From IMG/VR virus record IMGVR_UViG_3300021171_000004, positions 1-64,000 of that record: DNA of 64,000 bases. One strand, written 5' to 3'. This document shows, piece by piece, positions 27,578 through 37,738 of the stretch. The position numbers and the translations under genes are program-made. The notes under the pieces are model-generated. The model saw only the letters and a program-made list of their open reading frames with translations. It ran no database searches and had not been told where the DNA came from. Numbering within the stretch: the first letter of the stretch is position 1; each line of letters begins with the position of its first letter. Origin of the DNA: a virus.

Positions 27578-28779
27578 TGCCTGTGATGACGCAGGAGTAT
27601 GCACACAACCGCATAAAAGAAATCACCAAAGAAGCCTCTGTTCGCGCCCTCACGCCGATGTCTGTAGCGGATTTAGGCGGGTGCTACTTTACGATTGGCC
27701 GAGTTGAAGAATCATTGGCGCTTACGAGACAAGCCGCTGGCCTTAAAAAAGACGCGAACATCCAAATGAATTTGGGTTTGGTCTACAAGGATTTAGGCCA
27801 GCACGCCCAATCGCTCCACGAAATCGAAGAAGCATATTGGTTGAATCCGGAAGACCAATACATTCGTCTGGGTTACGCTGAGGCTTTGTTACGTGCCGGA
27901 TTTTGGAAACAAGCATGGCCTATTTATGGACATGCCCGACCCACGCAAATAGGCGCACATGACGATCTAAGTTTACCAGAAGCCGTGAAGGAATGGAAGT
28001 GCGGAGAAACTCTTCCTCCCGAAGCCCTGCTTATCGTCATCAACGAAGGCGGAACTGGGGACCGAATCAGTTATGCACGCTGGCTGAATGAACTCACCCG
28101 CCGAGGAATCAATTGGGTTTTTTATCCGTATAGCGAACTGTTTCCGTTCTTCGAAAGAATTTTTCCTCGCGAAAAACTCCTGCAAGACGGCGACAAAATC
28201 ACAGCCACGCATTGGACAACCACTTTTTCATTGCCCGCTGCTTTAAATATCGGCCCGACAGAAATTCCAGAACCGCTTCCGTTTACAGCACTGCCGGAAA
28301 AAATCGAGAAGTATAAACTTGCGAAGCAGGACAACCTTCCGATTATTGGAATCTGCTATCGAGCCGCTGAGATGTTTCAAGGCGGTCGCAGGGTTCGGTC
28401 CATGTCTGAAGGCCAAGCCATGCGTTTGGTGACAATGACGGGGGATCGCGTTCACTGGATCTCTCTTCAGTATGGCATGAAAATGCCTTATCCTATTACG
28501 AACGTCCCGCTTGAAAATTGGGAAGACACCGCAGGATTGCTTGCGAATCTCGATGGAGTGGTTTCCGTAGATACCGGGGTCATGCATCTGGCCGGGGCCA
28601 TGGGTAAGAAAATGGCTGTTGTGCTCAGTGGAAATTCGTGCTGGAAATTTGGAGCAAAAGGTTCGAAACTGAAGTTGTATCCTTCCGCAACTTTTTTCCG
28701 AAACGAATCCGAGGGATTCGAAAACTCTATTAATAATATTATCGCAGCAATCCGAGAAGGTTTCTTCAGTACAAATTAG
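27577..28779 (+). CDS. TPR + GT-B (GT9/heptosyltransferase-like) glycosyltransferase
   Basis: TPR helices (MNLGLVYKDLGQ), EGGTGDRISYARW, LDGVVSVDTGVMHLAGAMGK. Confidence 0.85.
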   Translation: MPVMTQEYAHNRIKEITKEASVRALTPMSVADLGGCYFTIGRVEESLALTRQAAGLKKDANIQMNLGLVYKDLGQHAQSLHEIEEAYWLNPEDQYIRLGYAEALLRAGFWKQAWPIYGHARPTQIGAHDDLSLPEAVKEWKCGETLPPEALLIVINEGGTGDRISYARWLNELTRRGINWVFYPYSELFPFFERIFPREKLLQDGDKITATHWTTTFSLPAALNIGPTEIPEPLPFTALPEKIEKYKLAKQDNLPIIGICYRAAEMFQGGRRVRSMSEGQAMRLVTMTGDRVHWISLQYGMKMPYPITNVPLENWEDTAGLLANLDGVVSVDTGVMHLAGAMGKKMAVVLSGNSCWKFGAKGSKLKLYPSATFFRNESEGFENSINNIIAAIREGFFSTN

Positions 28780-28837
28780 TTTGTGCCCGCCATCGGCCAC
28801 GCCTAGTAACAAAAACAGCAACTAAGGATTTTAAAAT

Positions 28838-29557
28838 ATGCCTCAGCAACCTCAATCGGCGTCTCAGTACGCTTTTGGCCCGGCTTCGAATGGCGGTGGA
28901 GATATCATTCACTACATCGGGGCCAACGCCAATCCTACGGGTCCCAACCTTCTCGGATGGGTCGATAAGAATGGCGCGAACGCAGGCGTCTCTTTTGTCG
29001 TTAACGGCCTCCAAAGTTCCGCTGCGGCTCCAATCACTGGAGCGGCGGGCGGGGTATTCTCCTACACTTCAAACGGTATCCAAGCCACTGTAAGTTTGCC
29101 TGGTGCAAGCGCTATGGAACAGGTTCCGTTTATCGTTCGAGCGGGCGGATACGTTTCTCTCGGCGCAGGAACTTATACTGCATCGGTCCAGCCTCTGCTC
29201 TATGCTTCCACGACTGCTGGTTTCACCGCAGCCGCTGCGAACGCTATCTTCTCCGCAGCCGCGGTGGGATGGACGGTCACTTCCGCCACTCCTATTGCCG
29301 CTCCGTATTTTCTCGAAGCGCATCTCTTCGGGGATAGTACTTCTGGAAAAGTCTCAGGATGGACGCAAGGCGCAGCCCCAACCGCAGGCACGGGCGGAAC
29401 GGTGGCATTTGTTGATATCACCGCTCTCACGAACGCGCCCACGAGCGTCAGCTTTACGGCAGCTATTCCTCTTCAATTCGCAGTCGGAGTCACTCTCAGC
29501 ACTACTGCTGTGGCGTCTTCGGTTGTGAACCTTGGATCGCTAACCATCGAATCTTAA
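28838..29557 (+). CDS. A/S/T-rich virion protein (paralog of 29626)
   Basis: Shares PFxxRAGG...AGTYTAxVQPL...PLQFAVG with next gene. Confidence 0.7.
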   Translation: MPQQPQSASQYAFGPASNGGGDIIHYIGANANPTGPNLLGWVDKNGANAGVSFVVNGLQSSAAAPITGAAGGVFSYTSNGIQATVSLPGASAMEQVPFIVRAGGYVSLGAGTYTASVQPLLYASTTAGFTAAAANAIFSAAAVGWTVTSATPIAAPYFLEAHLFGDSTSGKVSGWTQGAAPTAGTGGTVAFVDITALTNAPTSVSFTAAIPLQFAVGVTLSTTAVASSVVNLGSLTIES

Positions 29558-29625
29558 CCGTAACACCGTGCCCGTCTAACGCGCACATCGAAACACAATC
29601 GTAACAACAAAGAAGGTAAATTTCT

Positions 29626-30219
29626 ATGCAGGTAATTGCTCAAGCTCCAGCGGCTGCTCTCGTTTCTGTGAACGCGACTGCTGCTGTCAATGCTTTTAAC
29701 GTCATCGCTGGTGAACCCGGCGCAGGCACTCAGTGCAACCTAAACCTCCCTGGTTCAAACCGTCTCAACGCCCAGCCGTTCGTGATTCGCGCTGGTGGAA
29801 TCATCAACCTCGCGGCTGGCACCTACACTGCCACCGTGCAGCCGTTGATGTTTGCTTCCACGACCACGGGATATACCGCTGCGGTTGGTAACGCAATCGC
29901 GTTCTCCGTCGCGGCTGTGGCTCTCACTTTCACTTCCACGGCGGCTGTTGCTGCTCCGTACGAACTCGAACTGCACTGCATCGGGGATACAACCTCCGGT
30001 CTTTTGCAGGGTTGGTCTCAGGGCCAGGTTCCGACGACTTCGACAGGCACGGCGTTTACGCTCGTGACCGCTGCTCCGACGATCCTGTCGCGTATTCTTT
30101 CCAGCGTCAACTACGCGACCGAACCGCCTCTTCAGTTCGCGGTTGGTATCGGCCTCACGGCTGGCACCGCAGCGGCTGGTTCGACAATTTCGTTGACCAC
30201 GTTCCAGGCAGAAGCCTAA
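29626..30219 (+). CDS. A/S/T-rich virion protein (paralog of 28838)
   Basis: Same shared motifs as the 28838 gene. Confidence 0.7.
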   Translation: MQVIAQAPAAALVSVNATAAVNAFNVIAGEPGAGTQCNLNLPGSNRLNAQPFVIRAGGIINLAAGTYTATVQPLMFASTTTGYTAAVGNAIAFSVAAVALTFTSTAAVAAPYELELHCIGDTTSGLLQGWSQGQVPTTSTGTAFTLVTAAPTILSRILSSVNYATEPPLQFAVGIGLTAGTAAAGSTISLTTFQAEA

Positions 30220-30239
30220 TAGAATCAACAACTTACAGG

Positions 30240-30265
30240 ATGGGGAGTTCGAAAGGGCTCCCCGT
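30240..30265 (+). terminator. GNRA-capped hairpin (terminator-like)
   Basis: GGGGAGTTC-GAAA-GGGCTCCCC, flanked by an IHF-like site and a palindrome copy. Confidence 0.5.
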
Positions 30266-30433
30266 TCACTTTGTGAATTATGGCAAAAGGCACCAAAGTA
30301 AAAATCAAAGTTTCCGGCACTCCGAAACAAGTAAAAAACGCACTGCACACCCTTACTAATTCAGAACCGCCCGTAGAAAAAGTAACGCCCATACGAACCG
30401 CCGATTTCAAAGCACACCAAGCGAGAACCAACA

Positions 30434-30691
30434 ATGGATAGCCCAATCTTAAAAGACATTCTAGACAAAGCTACGGCTGGCCTCGGAAAAAAGAAAAGGC
30501 CGAAGCACGGGATGCGTAGCACGCACATAGACCATTTGGATGATGGTTCGCACGTTGGACGAATCCAACCGCACGAAGGCGATGAGATGAGTTTTTCCGC
30601 CAAAAACGAAGGCGAACTAGCCAGCAAGATTAAAGAATATCTGGGCGACAAAGAAGCGCCAGTTGCTCCCGAGGGGGCCGAGAAGGTGTGA
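30434..30691 (+). CDS. Hypothetical protein
   Basis: 85-aa ORF coupled to EndoVII gene. Confidence 0.6.
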   Translation: MDSPILKDILDKATAGLGKKKRPKHGMRSTHIDHLDDGSHVGRIQPHEGDEMSFSAKNEGELASKIKEYLGDKEAPVAPEGAEKV

Positions 30692-31188
30692 CAAACTCAG
30701 AACGGGTTCGTAAATACGCGCTAAAACGGATCGAACAGGGTTTATGTATTCGGTGTGGAAAAGAGCCTGCTATTCCGGGGATACAGATCGGTTTAAAATG
30801 TAAACCCATCGAAAAAGATAGAAACAGGCGGTATATTGAAAATCGTCTCGCCGCAGGGATTTGCCGAGTTTGTTGCAAGAATAAAATTTCTCCTCCCAGA
30901 AAAACACGATGTGATGAGTGCTCCCTTCGTCATCGGCTCGCCGCTATGGGTCTTAGTCCCGAAGAACAGCAACGGACAACAGAGTACTTTTTGCACTTTT
31001 TCAGGGGAAGGTGTGAGTCCTGTGGAACAACCGATCCAGGCAAAAAAGATTGGTGTGTAGACCACGACCACAAAACCGGAAGATTCCGGGGGATTCTGTG
31101 TAATCGTTGCAACGTGGCACTAGGGATGGTGAGAGATAATCCCACAGTTCTTCTCGCGTTGGTTCAATATCTATCCCAGAAAGCGTGA
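30688..31188 (+). CDS. Endonuclease VII-like (free-standing homing endonuclease)
   Basis: GRCESCG...VDHDHKTGRFRGILCNRCNVALG. Confidence 0.9.
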   Translation: MTNSERVRKYALKRIEQGLCIRCGKEPAIPGIQIGLKCKPIEKDRNRRYIENRLAAGICRVCCKNKISPPRKTRCDECSLRHRLAAMGLSPEEQQRTTEYFLHFFRGRCESCGTTDPGKKDWCVDHDHKTGRFRGILCNRCNVALGMVRDNPTVLLALVQYLSQKA

Positions 31189-33032
31189 AAGTGTATAACC
31201 CGTTCGATTTTGAGAATCTCTACAAGGATGCCAAAGAGAAAGTCGTAGCGACCAAATCGACCGAAGACTGGGCTAAGTTCGGGTACGAAGATTTTAAAGT
31301 GTGGGAGAAAGATTTCCGCAATGGGCAAACCGACCTGTTTTGGTTGTCGGTGGAGATATTGGATCTTGCTCTTGTTGATGAAGTTCATCGCCCTATTACT
31401 GACGATTTCTTCATTAAGAAAAATCCTTATGTTGATGCTAGGAACTGGCGAGAGGCAATCTCGAAACAAAGCACGGTGAAAAACCGTCTTCTCTTGTGGC
31501 CGCGAGGTACGTTCAAAAGTTCTATCGGAATGGCGGATGCCGTCCAATGGATCGTCTGCTTTCCGAACATAAGGGTCATTTATTTCACTGCCGAAGAAAC
31601 TCTTGCGAATGATTTTGTTAGACAAGTAAAGCACTATTTTCAGGTTCCGGAAAATTCAAGGATGACCCGGTTCCAGATGTTGTACGCCGCGCACTGCGTG
31701 TCTACGAAAAGAAAAGAAGCGGACGACCAATTTTTGAGTCCCGCCCGTACAGACACACAGCCCCAACCTACCCTGTTAGCGTTATCTCTTGGGATGAGCA
31801 CAGCAGGAAAACACGGCGACGTGGCTTTCTTTGACGACACGGTTTCCAATAAAAATTCAGGGCCTAAAGCAACTCCCGAACAAAGAGTTCAAGTCGCAAA
31901 CGAAATCAAATCGGCTCGCCCGATTATTGATCTTTACGGATACAGAAATTATACGGGAACTTACTGGGACAGCGCGGATGCTTATGTTTCGCTTGAAGAG
32001 ACTATTTCTGATTTAAAGGTTCTGAAAGCCCCTGCATGGGAAATTAAGCCCGCAGCCCGCAAGAAACAGATTCACGAACTCACCGAGGAAGATGTAGTTC
32101 TGCTTTTCCCAGTTGACCGCAACGGGGTTCCGCGCCTCACCTTTAAAGCGCTGATGGATGAGTTCAAGGTAGACGCCTTCATTTTTTCGTGCCAATACCT
32201 CCTAAATCCCACACTCACCAAAACGGTTAAGTTTACCGACCAAATGTTCCGGAAGCAGATTGTTCCTTCTTCGGAATTCCCGCAGGATGGAACTTATTTT
32301 ATCGCGGACGTTTGGGATTTGGCTACTTCGGATGGAAAAAAATCCGACCGTTCGTGTGGCATGGTTGGGAAATTTACTATTGCAGGTCCGCTCGCAGGCC
32401 GCATGTACGTTTCGGAAATTATCCGCGGACGGTATAGTAAATCCGAACTACCATTTCAAATCGCGGGCCAAGCTAATCGGTGGAAGCCGCTCAAAAATTT
32501 AGGCATCGAAAAACCCCCGGCGCATGATTTTCTTGAAAACGACATCATGCGGGCGATGCAAAAAGTTGGCTACCCAGATTGTCCGGCCATCGAGTGGATT
32601 CCAATCGAGAATATCAAAGGTGCGAAAAACGAACGCGCCGCCGAGACGGAAATTCTTCTGGTGAATAATCAGGTATTTTTCTCGGCGGATATTCCGACCG
32701 ACGTGATGAACGAAGTTATCAAGGAACATGTCAACTTCAAGGCCGGAGCTAACCGCAAGGACGATTCGGTAGACACCTTGGCTCGGCTCGCACGGTACAT
32801 GCCGAAGGAAATTTCCTGTCCGCAAAGTGAACAGGAAAAACAAACCGCAGCTTGGGATTTGCTTAAACAAAAACAACAGCACGAACGGATGTTTCCTCCG
32901 AACGAAGACAAACAAACTTCGACATGGAAACGAGACGGTTACGACCGCCAACAAGAAGTAGCGGCCCCCCTTACAGAATGGGAAGGGATGCCAATAGTGA
33001 GATCGATTGAGGAACAATATCTAGGAACTTAA
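31185..33032 (+). CDS. terL: Terminase large subunit
   Basis: Walker A-like LLLWPRGTFKSS, Walker B FFDD, GTYW coupling motif, FSCQYLLNP, nuclease WDLA...DDSVD. Confidence 0.9.
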   Translation: MKVYNPFDFENLYKDAKEKVVATKSTEDWAKFGYEDFKVWEKDFRNGQTDLFWLSVEILDLALVDEVHRPITDDFFIKKNPYVDARNWREAISKQSTVKNRLLLWPRGTFKSSIGMADAVQWIVCFPNIRVIYFTAEETLANDFVRQVKHYFQVPENSRMTRFQMLYAAHCVSTKRKEADDQFLSPARTDTQPQPTLLALSLGMSTAGKHGDVAFFDDTVSNKNSGPKATPEQRVQVANEIKSARPIIDLYGYRNYTGTYWDSADAYVSLEETISDLKVLKAPAWEIKPAARKKQIHELTEEDVVLLFPVDRNGVPRLTFKALMDEFKVDAFIFSCQYLLNPTLTKTVKFTDQMFRKQIVPSSEFPQDGTYFIADVWDLATSDGKKSDRSCGMVGKFTIAGPLAGRMYVSEIIRGRYSKSELPFQIAGQANRWKPLKNLGIEKPPAHDFLENDIMRAMQKVGYPDCPAIEWIPIENIKGAKNERAAETEILLVNNQVFFSADIPTDVMNEVIKEHVNFKAGANRKDDSVDTLARLARYMPKEISCPQSEQEKQTAAWDLLKQKQQHERMFPPNEDKQTSTWKRDGYDRQQEVAAPLTEWEGMPIVRSIEEQYLGT

Positions 33033-35576
33033 ATGGCTGAGATTACGCCGCTTCAATTAATTGTACCCGATACATATGTAGGGCCGCTTCTGCAAGCTGC
33101 GGTGAATCAAGCCTTTTTAACTCCGAAGGCCGCAGTTTGGATCCCGGCAAACTACGCTGGGACGGACACGTACACGAACCCTAATAATGTGCCCGTGTTC
33201 GATATGCGTTCGGGTGGTTCTACTAGTTTTACGTCTAATACAACATTTTCAACGATTGCTGGGGGAACGAATACTTCTGCTGCGCTAGTGGTCGGAACTG
33301 GTGCATCCCTGACGGCAACAGGAACAGGTTCTATTATTTCAACCGCCGTAGCAAACTCTCCTACACCAAGTAGTGCTTACACTTTCACGAGTACACCAAT
33401 TACAACGGCACCGTTTAGCGGGAATCTGCTGGTAGGAGCGAATATCAATGCTGCTGGCACAGGTTCATACACAGCCGGGTCTGGTTATGCCTTAATAGGA
33501 ACACCAACAGCCACCTTAGCGTTGGAATATCAGACGGCTGCCGCTGCGACAAGCTATTCTTCGACATTCACTTACTCGGTCAGTTCTGGCAATTGGGGTG
33601 GGACCATCGCAGCGTTTTCTTCGCCGGGAAACAATGCCGCTCTCGTTCAAGGGAAAGTGCAATCCGCTTCAACGTCACTAGCTTATACCAGTAACAACGG
33701 TGCTGGGAATCTGCTGATTGCAGTTTTCAGGTATAACGGGGCAAGTGCCGCCCCCATTGCGTCAATCTCCGATACAGCAGGAAATACCTGGGTTTCTGCG
33801 GGCGCTCGCGCCTTTCAGGGGTATGCCAAAGGCGTGTCTGACTCCAATTTTCTGGAAGTTTGGTATGCCATGAATAGTATTGCCGGTGCAAACACCGTCA
33901 CTGCGACGATGGGTTCAGGTACCACTGGCGGTGCAACTCATATGGGGATTGCAGAGTTCTCTGGTGTAGCCACAACTAATGCGCTCGTAGATTATAACTT
34001 CACCGGTTCAACGACTGGGGCCACAAGCATCCCAGGCGCAACGACAAACCCCCAGTACACGATTAACGCCACCAATAATACTACTGGTGTAGTTGACTTT
34101 ACAGGTCGGGACTCCGGTGCAGTTGTCCGCAGCGCATTCAACGCAAGAGCCGGAACAGGCGGCTTATTCTACTTCAAAAATGGTATCTATCCTGGGCAGA
34201 CTTCGCTACATGAAAGCGTGGCAGGGCAGACGGCCATCTGGTATGTATGGGGGATACCCGCGCCTGTGTTGGGAACCCAAGAGGTTTCATTTCATATTGT
34301 GTGCGAGAGTTTTACTCAGACTCTTTATGCCACGCTGCAAACAGATGGTTGTATCCACCAAATCTTGCCCTCCGCGTATGCAGGGCCCCAACCATTATCA
34401 AATAACACATTATCCGGATTCTGGCAGCGTCCTAATGCTACCTTTGGGGCCATCAACAACAACGCAATATTTTTTGTAAATGGCACCGTTCGCATTCCCG
34501 ACAATCAGCATACACCGTCCAATTCCTTCGATACCTTTACAGCTATATACTCATCTCACATCAACACAGTTGCCGATACGGTTATCACCGCAGTAGACCA
34601 ATTGTGTTCGGGGCTGGCTGTCGGGCTGTCGGGCGTCAATGGTTATCGCACAAATCAATCGGGGACAGATGAGACGTACTTCGAGAACACCTACGCTGTT
34701 GGCTTCAATACTCCGTACAACGTCCTGTCGAATCACCCCATCGGAAATAATATGCACGCAGCCTGCAATCAAAACGCAGGAACGTTCAGCATTTCAACAT
34801 CAATGTATGGTGGGATGTTAAACCATTTTGGAGATTACCACAATCTAAATGGTTTTGTGTTTGGATGCGCCCAAACAGGGACGCGCTGGGACTTGCAGAA
34901 CATGGCTCAGGAATTTGCAATCACTGGAACTTTTGCGCGGGCAGGGAACGCCACAGAAACAACTCCTGGCAACTGCATGGGGAAAGTGAGCGTAAGTTCA
35001 GGCTCTGCGAATAATGTGTCTTTCACGCCCGGTTCATTTTTCGCATCTGGTAACGGCGCTAATTTCCAAGTCACTGAATCAACCCGGCTCATACAGCCAG
35101 GGTTGCTCACTTCTAATTTCACTTCGGCTGCGACTACAGGGACGACCAAGCAAACGTTGGCGACATACACGTTTACATACAATGCTGGTGGGGGAGGCCA
35201 GGGGAGCAACATCGGCCCGTTCCAAAACAACCCTGGTGCGGTTTTCAGGATAAAAGCGTGGGGTATCGCTGCAAACAATGTTAACAGCAAAGTGTTTGAA
35301 CTTGATTTTGGTGGCACTCTTATCGCTAGTATCACCGCCACTCCGAGCGTCGCAGATTCCGTCAAATGCGAAGCAGAAATAATTGTTAGCTCCGTTGCGA
35401 ACACGCAGGAGGTCATAGGCTATTGTGACGATGGAACAGCACGAACGGTAACACGCTCTGCTCCCGCAATTACAGGTAATGCAAATATAATTTTGAATGC
35501 TGCCGCAACTACAGCCGGGGCCGCAGGCGATTTCACCTTCAAGGGGATGACGATTGAATACGTTGGTGGCAACTAA
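33033..35576 (+). CDS. Large S/T/G-rich fibre/spike-like virion protein
   Basis: 847 aa; DSGAVVRSAF..GGLFYFKNGIY typical of a beta-helix start. Confidence 0.7.
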   Translation: MAEITPLQLIVPDTYVGPLLQAAVNQAFLTPKAAVWIPANYAGTDTYTNPNNVPVFDMRSGGSTSFTSNTTFSTIAGGTNTSAALVVGTGASLTATGTGSIISTAVANSPTPSSAYTFTSTPITTAPFSGNLLVGANINAAGTGSYTAGSGYALIGTPTATLALEYQTAAAATSYSSTFTYSVSSGNWGGTIAAFSSPGNNAALVQGKVQSASTSLAYTSNNGAGNLLIAVFRYNGASAAPIASISDTAGNTWVSAGARAFQGYAKGVSDSNFLEVWYAMNSIAGANTVTATMGSGTTGGATHMGIAEFSGVATTNALVDYNFTGSTTGATSIPGATTNPQYTINATNNTTGVVDFTGRDSGAVVRSAFNARAGTGGLFYFKNGIYPGQTSLHESVAGQTAIWYVWGIPAPVLGTQEVSFHIVCESFTQTLYATLQTDGCIHQILPSAYAGPQPLSNNTLSGFWQRPNATFGAINNNAIFFVNGTVRIPDNQHTPSNSFDTFTAIYSSHINTVADTVITAVDQLCSGLAVGLSGVNGYRTNQSGTDETYFENTYAVGFNTPYNVLSNHPIGNNMHAACNQNAGTFSISTSMYGGMLNHFGDYHNLNGFVFGCAQTGTRWDLQNMAQEFAITGTFARAGNATETTPGNCMGKVSVSSGSANNVSFTPGSFFASGNGANFQVTESTRLIQPGLLTSNFTSAATTGTTKQTLATYTFTYNAGGGGQGSNIGPFQNNPGAVFRIKAWGIAANNVNSKVFELDFGGTLIASITATPSVADSVKCEAEIIVSSVANTQEVIGYCDDGTARTVTRSAPAITGNANIILNAAATTAGAAGDFTFKGMTIEYVGGN

Positions 35577-35624
35577 AAGTAAAAAGTTTTTCTCTTCATT
35601 AGGAGAGAGAGAAGGAGAAGTAAA

Positions 35625-35909
35625 TTGGCTCAACTCAGAATGTACGTGAACAAAGGTTGTCCGCATTGTGAACAAGCAAAGGCTTTTTTTGACGCCCAGA
35701 ACGTAATAGTGGAAGTTGTTGAAATTGGGTTCGATCCCGTTCTGCAAGCCGGGCTAAGGTCGCTGTTCAACGGCGGCAATTTCCAGGTTCCGCTTATCGT
35801 TTCGTTCGCAACCCAAGAGGTGGTTCTAGGTAATGATCCAGTTCAACTCCAGCGTATTATTGCTGCTCTTGTCCCTAGCACAAAGCCATCTGACTCTGCT
35901 TCTCAGTAA
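35625..35909 (+). CDS. Glutaredoxin/NrdH-like redoxin
   Basis: GCPHCEQAKAFF, cis-Pro motif QVP; AAGGAG RBS, TTG start. Confidence 0.85.
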   Translation: MAQLRMYVNKGCPHCEQAKAFFDAQNVIVEVVEIGFDPVLQAGLRSLFNGGNFQVPLIVSFATQEVVLGNDPVQLQRIIAALVPSTKPSDSASQ

Positions 35910-36207
35910 CGGGAAGATTTTCGACCCGATTTTTGATGTACATTTTTGGTGGAAGACCGCAAAATCAGATTGGCTGAGAGAGTTGCGGTCATGCCCCGTG
36001 TGTCTGGGATTCTGGACTGCCGCCATCGTTTCTTTACTCGCGGGAATCCACAATCCATGGCAAATTCTAGTTGTGGCCGGAACTGGACACGTACTATACC
36101 TGCTTCGCGAAAAATACCTGCCCTGTGATAAATGCAAGGTTCCGGAACCGATCCCATTTAAATTTGTAGGACATCAAGCGGTGGGTGTGGAACCTGCTCC
36201 TAAGTAG
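35833..36207 (+). CDS. Membrane protein with two CxxC motifs (DUF1360-like)
   Basis: IFDP...LRELRSCPVCLGFW, hydrophobic helices, C-terminal CDKC. Confidence 0.65.
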   Translation: MIQFNSSVLLLLLSLAQSHLTLLLSNGKIFDPIFDVHFWWKTAKSDWLRELRSCPVCLGFWTAAIVSLLAGIHNPWQILVVAGTGHVLYLLREKYLPCDKCKVPEPIPFKFVGHQAVGVEPAPK

Positions 36208-36427
36208 CTCTCCGTCAGCAGGTGTCGCGGAGCCTTACAATTCTGAACCATGTTCGGCTGTGGGATCGAGAATGCAGGCGGCGTACTCTGTCGAATCGGG
36301 TACCGCAATTCCTCCATAGGAATCGGTAATCTGGTACATCCAACCGTCAGGACAGCGGCCAACATACTCAAGTTCCCTAGTGAACGTAGGCTCAGGATTT
36401 TGGTTATCAGGTGACATCACCCCCCTT

Positions 36428-37183
36428 TCATTGCTTTTTGTAAGCTGCTATGCCCGCCAGCCAGTGGCCTCCTCCGCTTTCCGAACCATCTGCGTTGCGG
36501 CCCATCCAAGAACCAATGTAGACGCCCGTGGTTGGTGCAATCATGTCCTCAGCGAAAACACATGTGGCCTTCCCCTCAAGCGTGTATCCCGGGCCAGATC
36601 GCACAACACCCCCGCTATTGGGCGGGCAGCTTTCCCCCCAAGCTAATATGAGCGCGCCTGCTTCGGTGTCTATTGGTAGTGTCCAAGCGTAAGGGCAATC
36701 ACCACCGTTGGTGCAATCCGGAAAGACAGAGTTCTGGTCCGCGTACGTGCCTAAATTACCCGCGTCGAAATTCCAGTTCCCGTCGTAAATAAGGATAAGC
36801 ACATCCGAAAACTGATCGCCTGAGAACGACAGTTGAACCCCGGTTGTACACGACACACCGACCCCGCAAAAGGAGCCGAAATTGGTGTGATACGAACAAT
36901 TGCCCGTGAAGGTCACGCACTGGTCCCGGGTCCAAACATCGCCCCGGCTGTCAGTTATTGTTCCCTGCGAACTGAATCTTGCGATGACTACTGCCATCGT
37001 GTTCGGTGGAGTCAGGAAGTAGCAGCCTGCTTGGGCAGAGCAAGCTACTGTCGTACGGATTGGCAGAGACAAAAATGACGAACGCGACCGTACCGGAGCG
37101 AGAAAACAAATTCCAGCGAAAAGTAAAGCACTAACAAAAAGTGCTTGGCCTATCGAAATGAAAACAGCGCGTAAATTTTTCAT
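36428..37183 (-). CDS. Secreted/membrane-anchored Cys-rich beta protein
   Basis: N-terminal hydrophobic segment; GGGAGG RBS; promoter TTGACA-18-TATATT at 37224-37253. Confidence 0.75.
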   Translation of the reverse strand: MKNLRAVFISIGQALFVSALLFAGICFLAPVRSRSSFLSLPIRTTVACSAQAGCYFLTPPNTMAVVIARFSSQGTITDSRGDVWTRDQCVTFTGNCSYHTNFGSFCGVGVSCTTGVQLSFSGDQFSDVLILIYDGNWNFDAGNLGTYADQNSVFPDCTNGGDCPYAWTLPIDTEAGALILAWGESCPPNSGGVVRSGPGYTLEGKATCVFAEDMIAPTTGVYIGSWMGRNADGSESGGGHWLAGIAAYKKQ

Positions 37184-37345
37184 ATTTTCCTCCCTAGTTT
37201 TTCAAGCCCATGCTTGTTCGACAAATATACCACGGTGAAAAGATTTTTGTCAACTACTAAATGAGAATAACTCCGGACGAAGCAAATCCTCAAGGCCAGA
37301 TAAACCCAGACGATTTCAAAAGTGCTGCGGAAGTAGCGGGATGGT

Positions 37346-37738
37346 ATGTATAAGGACCGAAAATCTCCGGAAGTTAAGGCCAAAGAGAAAGCTAGGACTC
37401 TGCGGTGGATAAAAAGTAATCCAGAGAAGTATCGACGGGTTACGAAGAACCGAAATTTGAAAAAGAGTTTCGGTATCACACTAGAGGATTACGAACGGAT
37501 GCACGCAGATCAAAACGGTCTGTGTGCTATTTGCCAGAAACCAGAAAAATATAAAAGTGCGAATCCCCAAAGTTTAGGGCAACTACTGAGTCTAGCTGTA
37601 GACCACGATCATAATAGGAATCATGTTCGCGCTTTGCTGTGCATGGCCTGCAACAAAGGGTTAGGGTGTTTTGAAGAAGATATACTCCGTTTACAAGCTG
37701 CGATTGAATATATCAAGAAACATGCGGGAGAAAATTGA
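37346..37738 (+). CDS. Endonuclease VII-like (free-standing homing endonuclease)
   Basis: FGITLEDY..QNGLCAICQ...LAVDHDH..VRALLCMACNKGLG. Confidence 0.9.
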   Translation: MYKDRKSPEVKAKEKARTLRWIKSNPEKYRRVTKNRNLKKSFGITLEDYERMHADQNGLCAICQKPEKYKSANPQSLGQLLSLAVDHDHNRNHVRALLCMACNKGLGCFEEDILRLQAAIEYIKKHAGEN

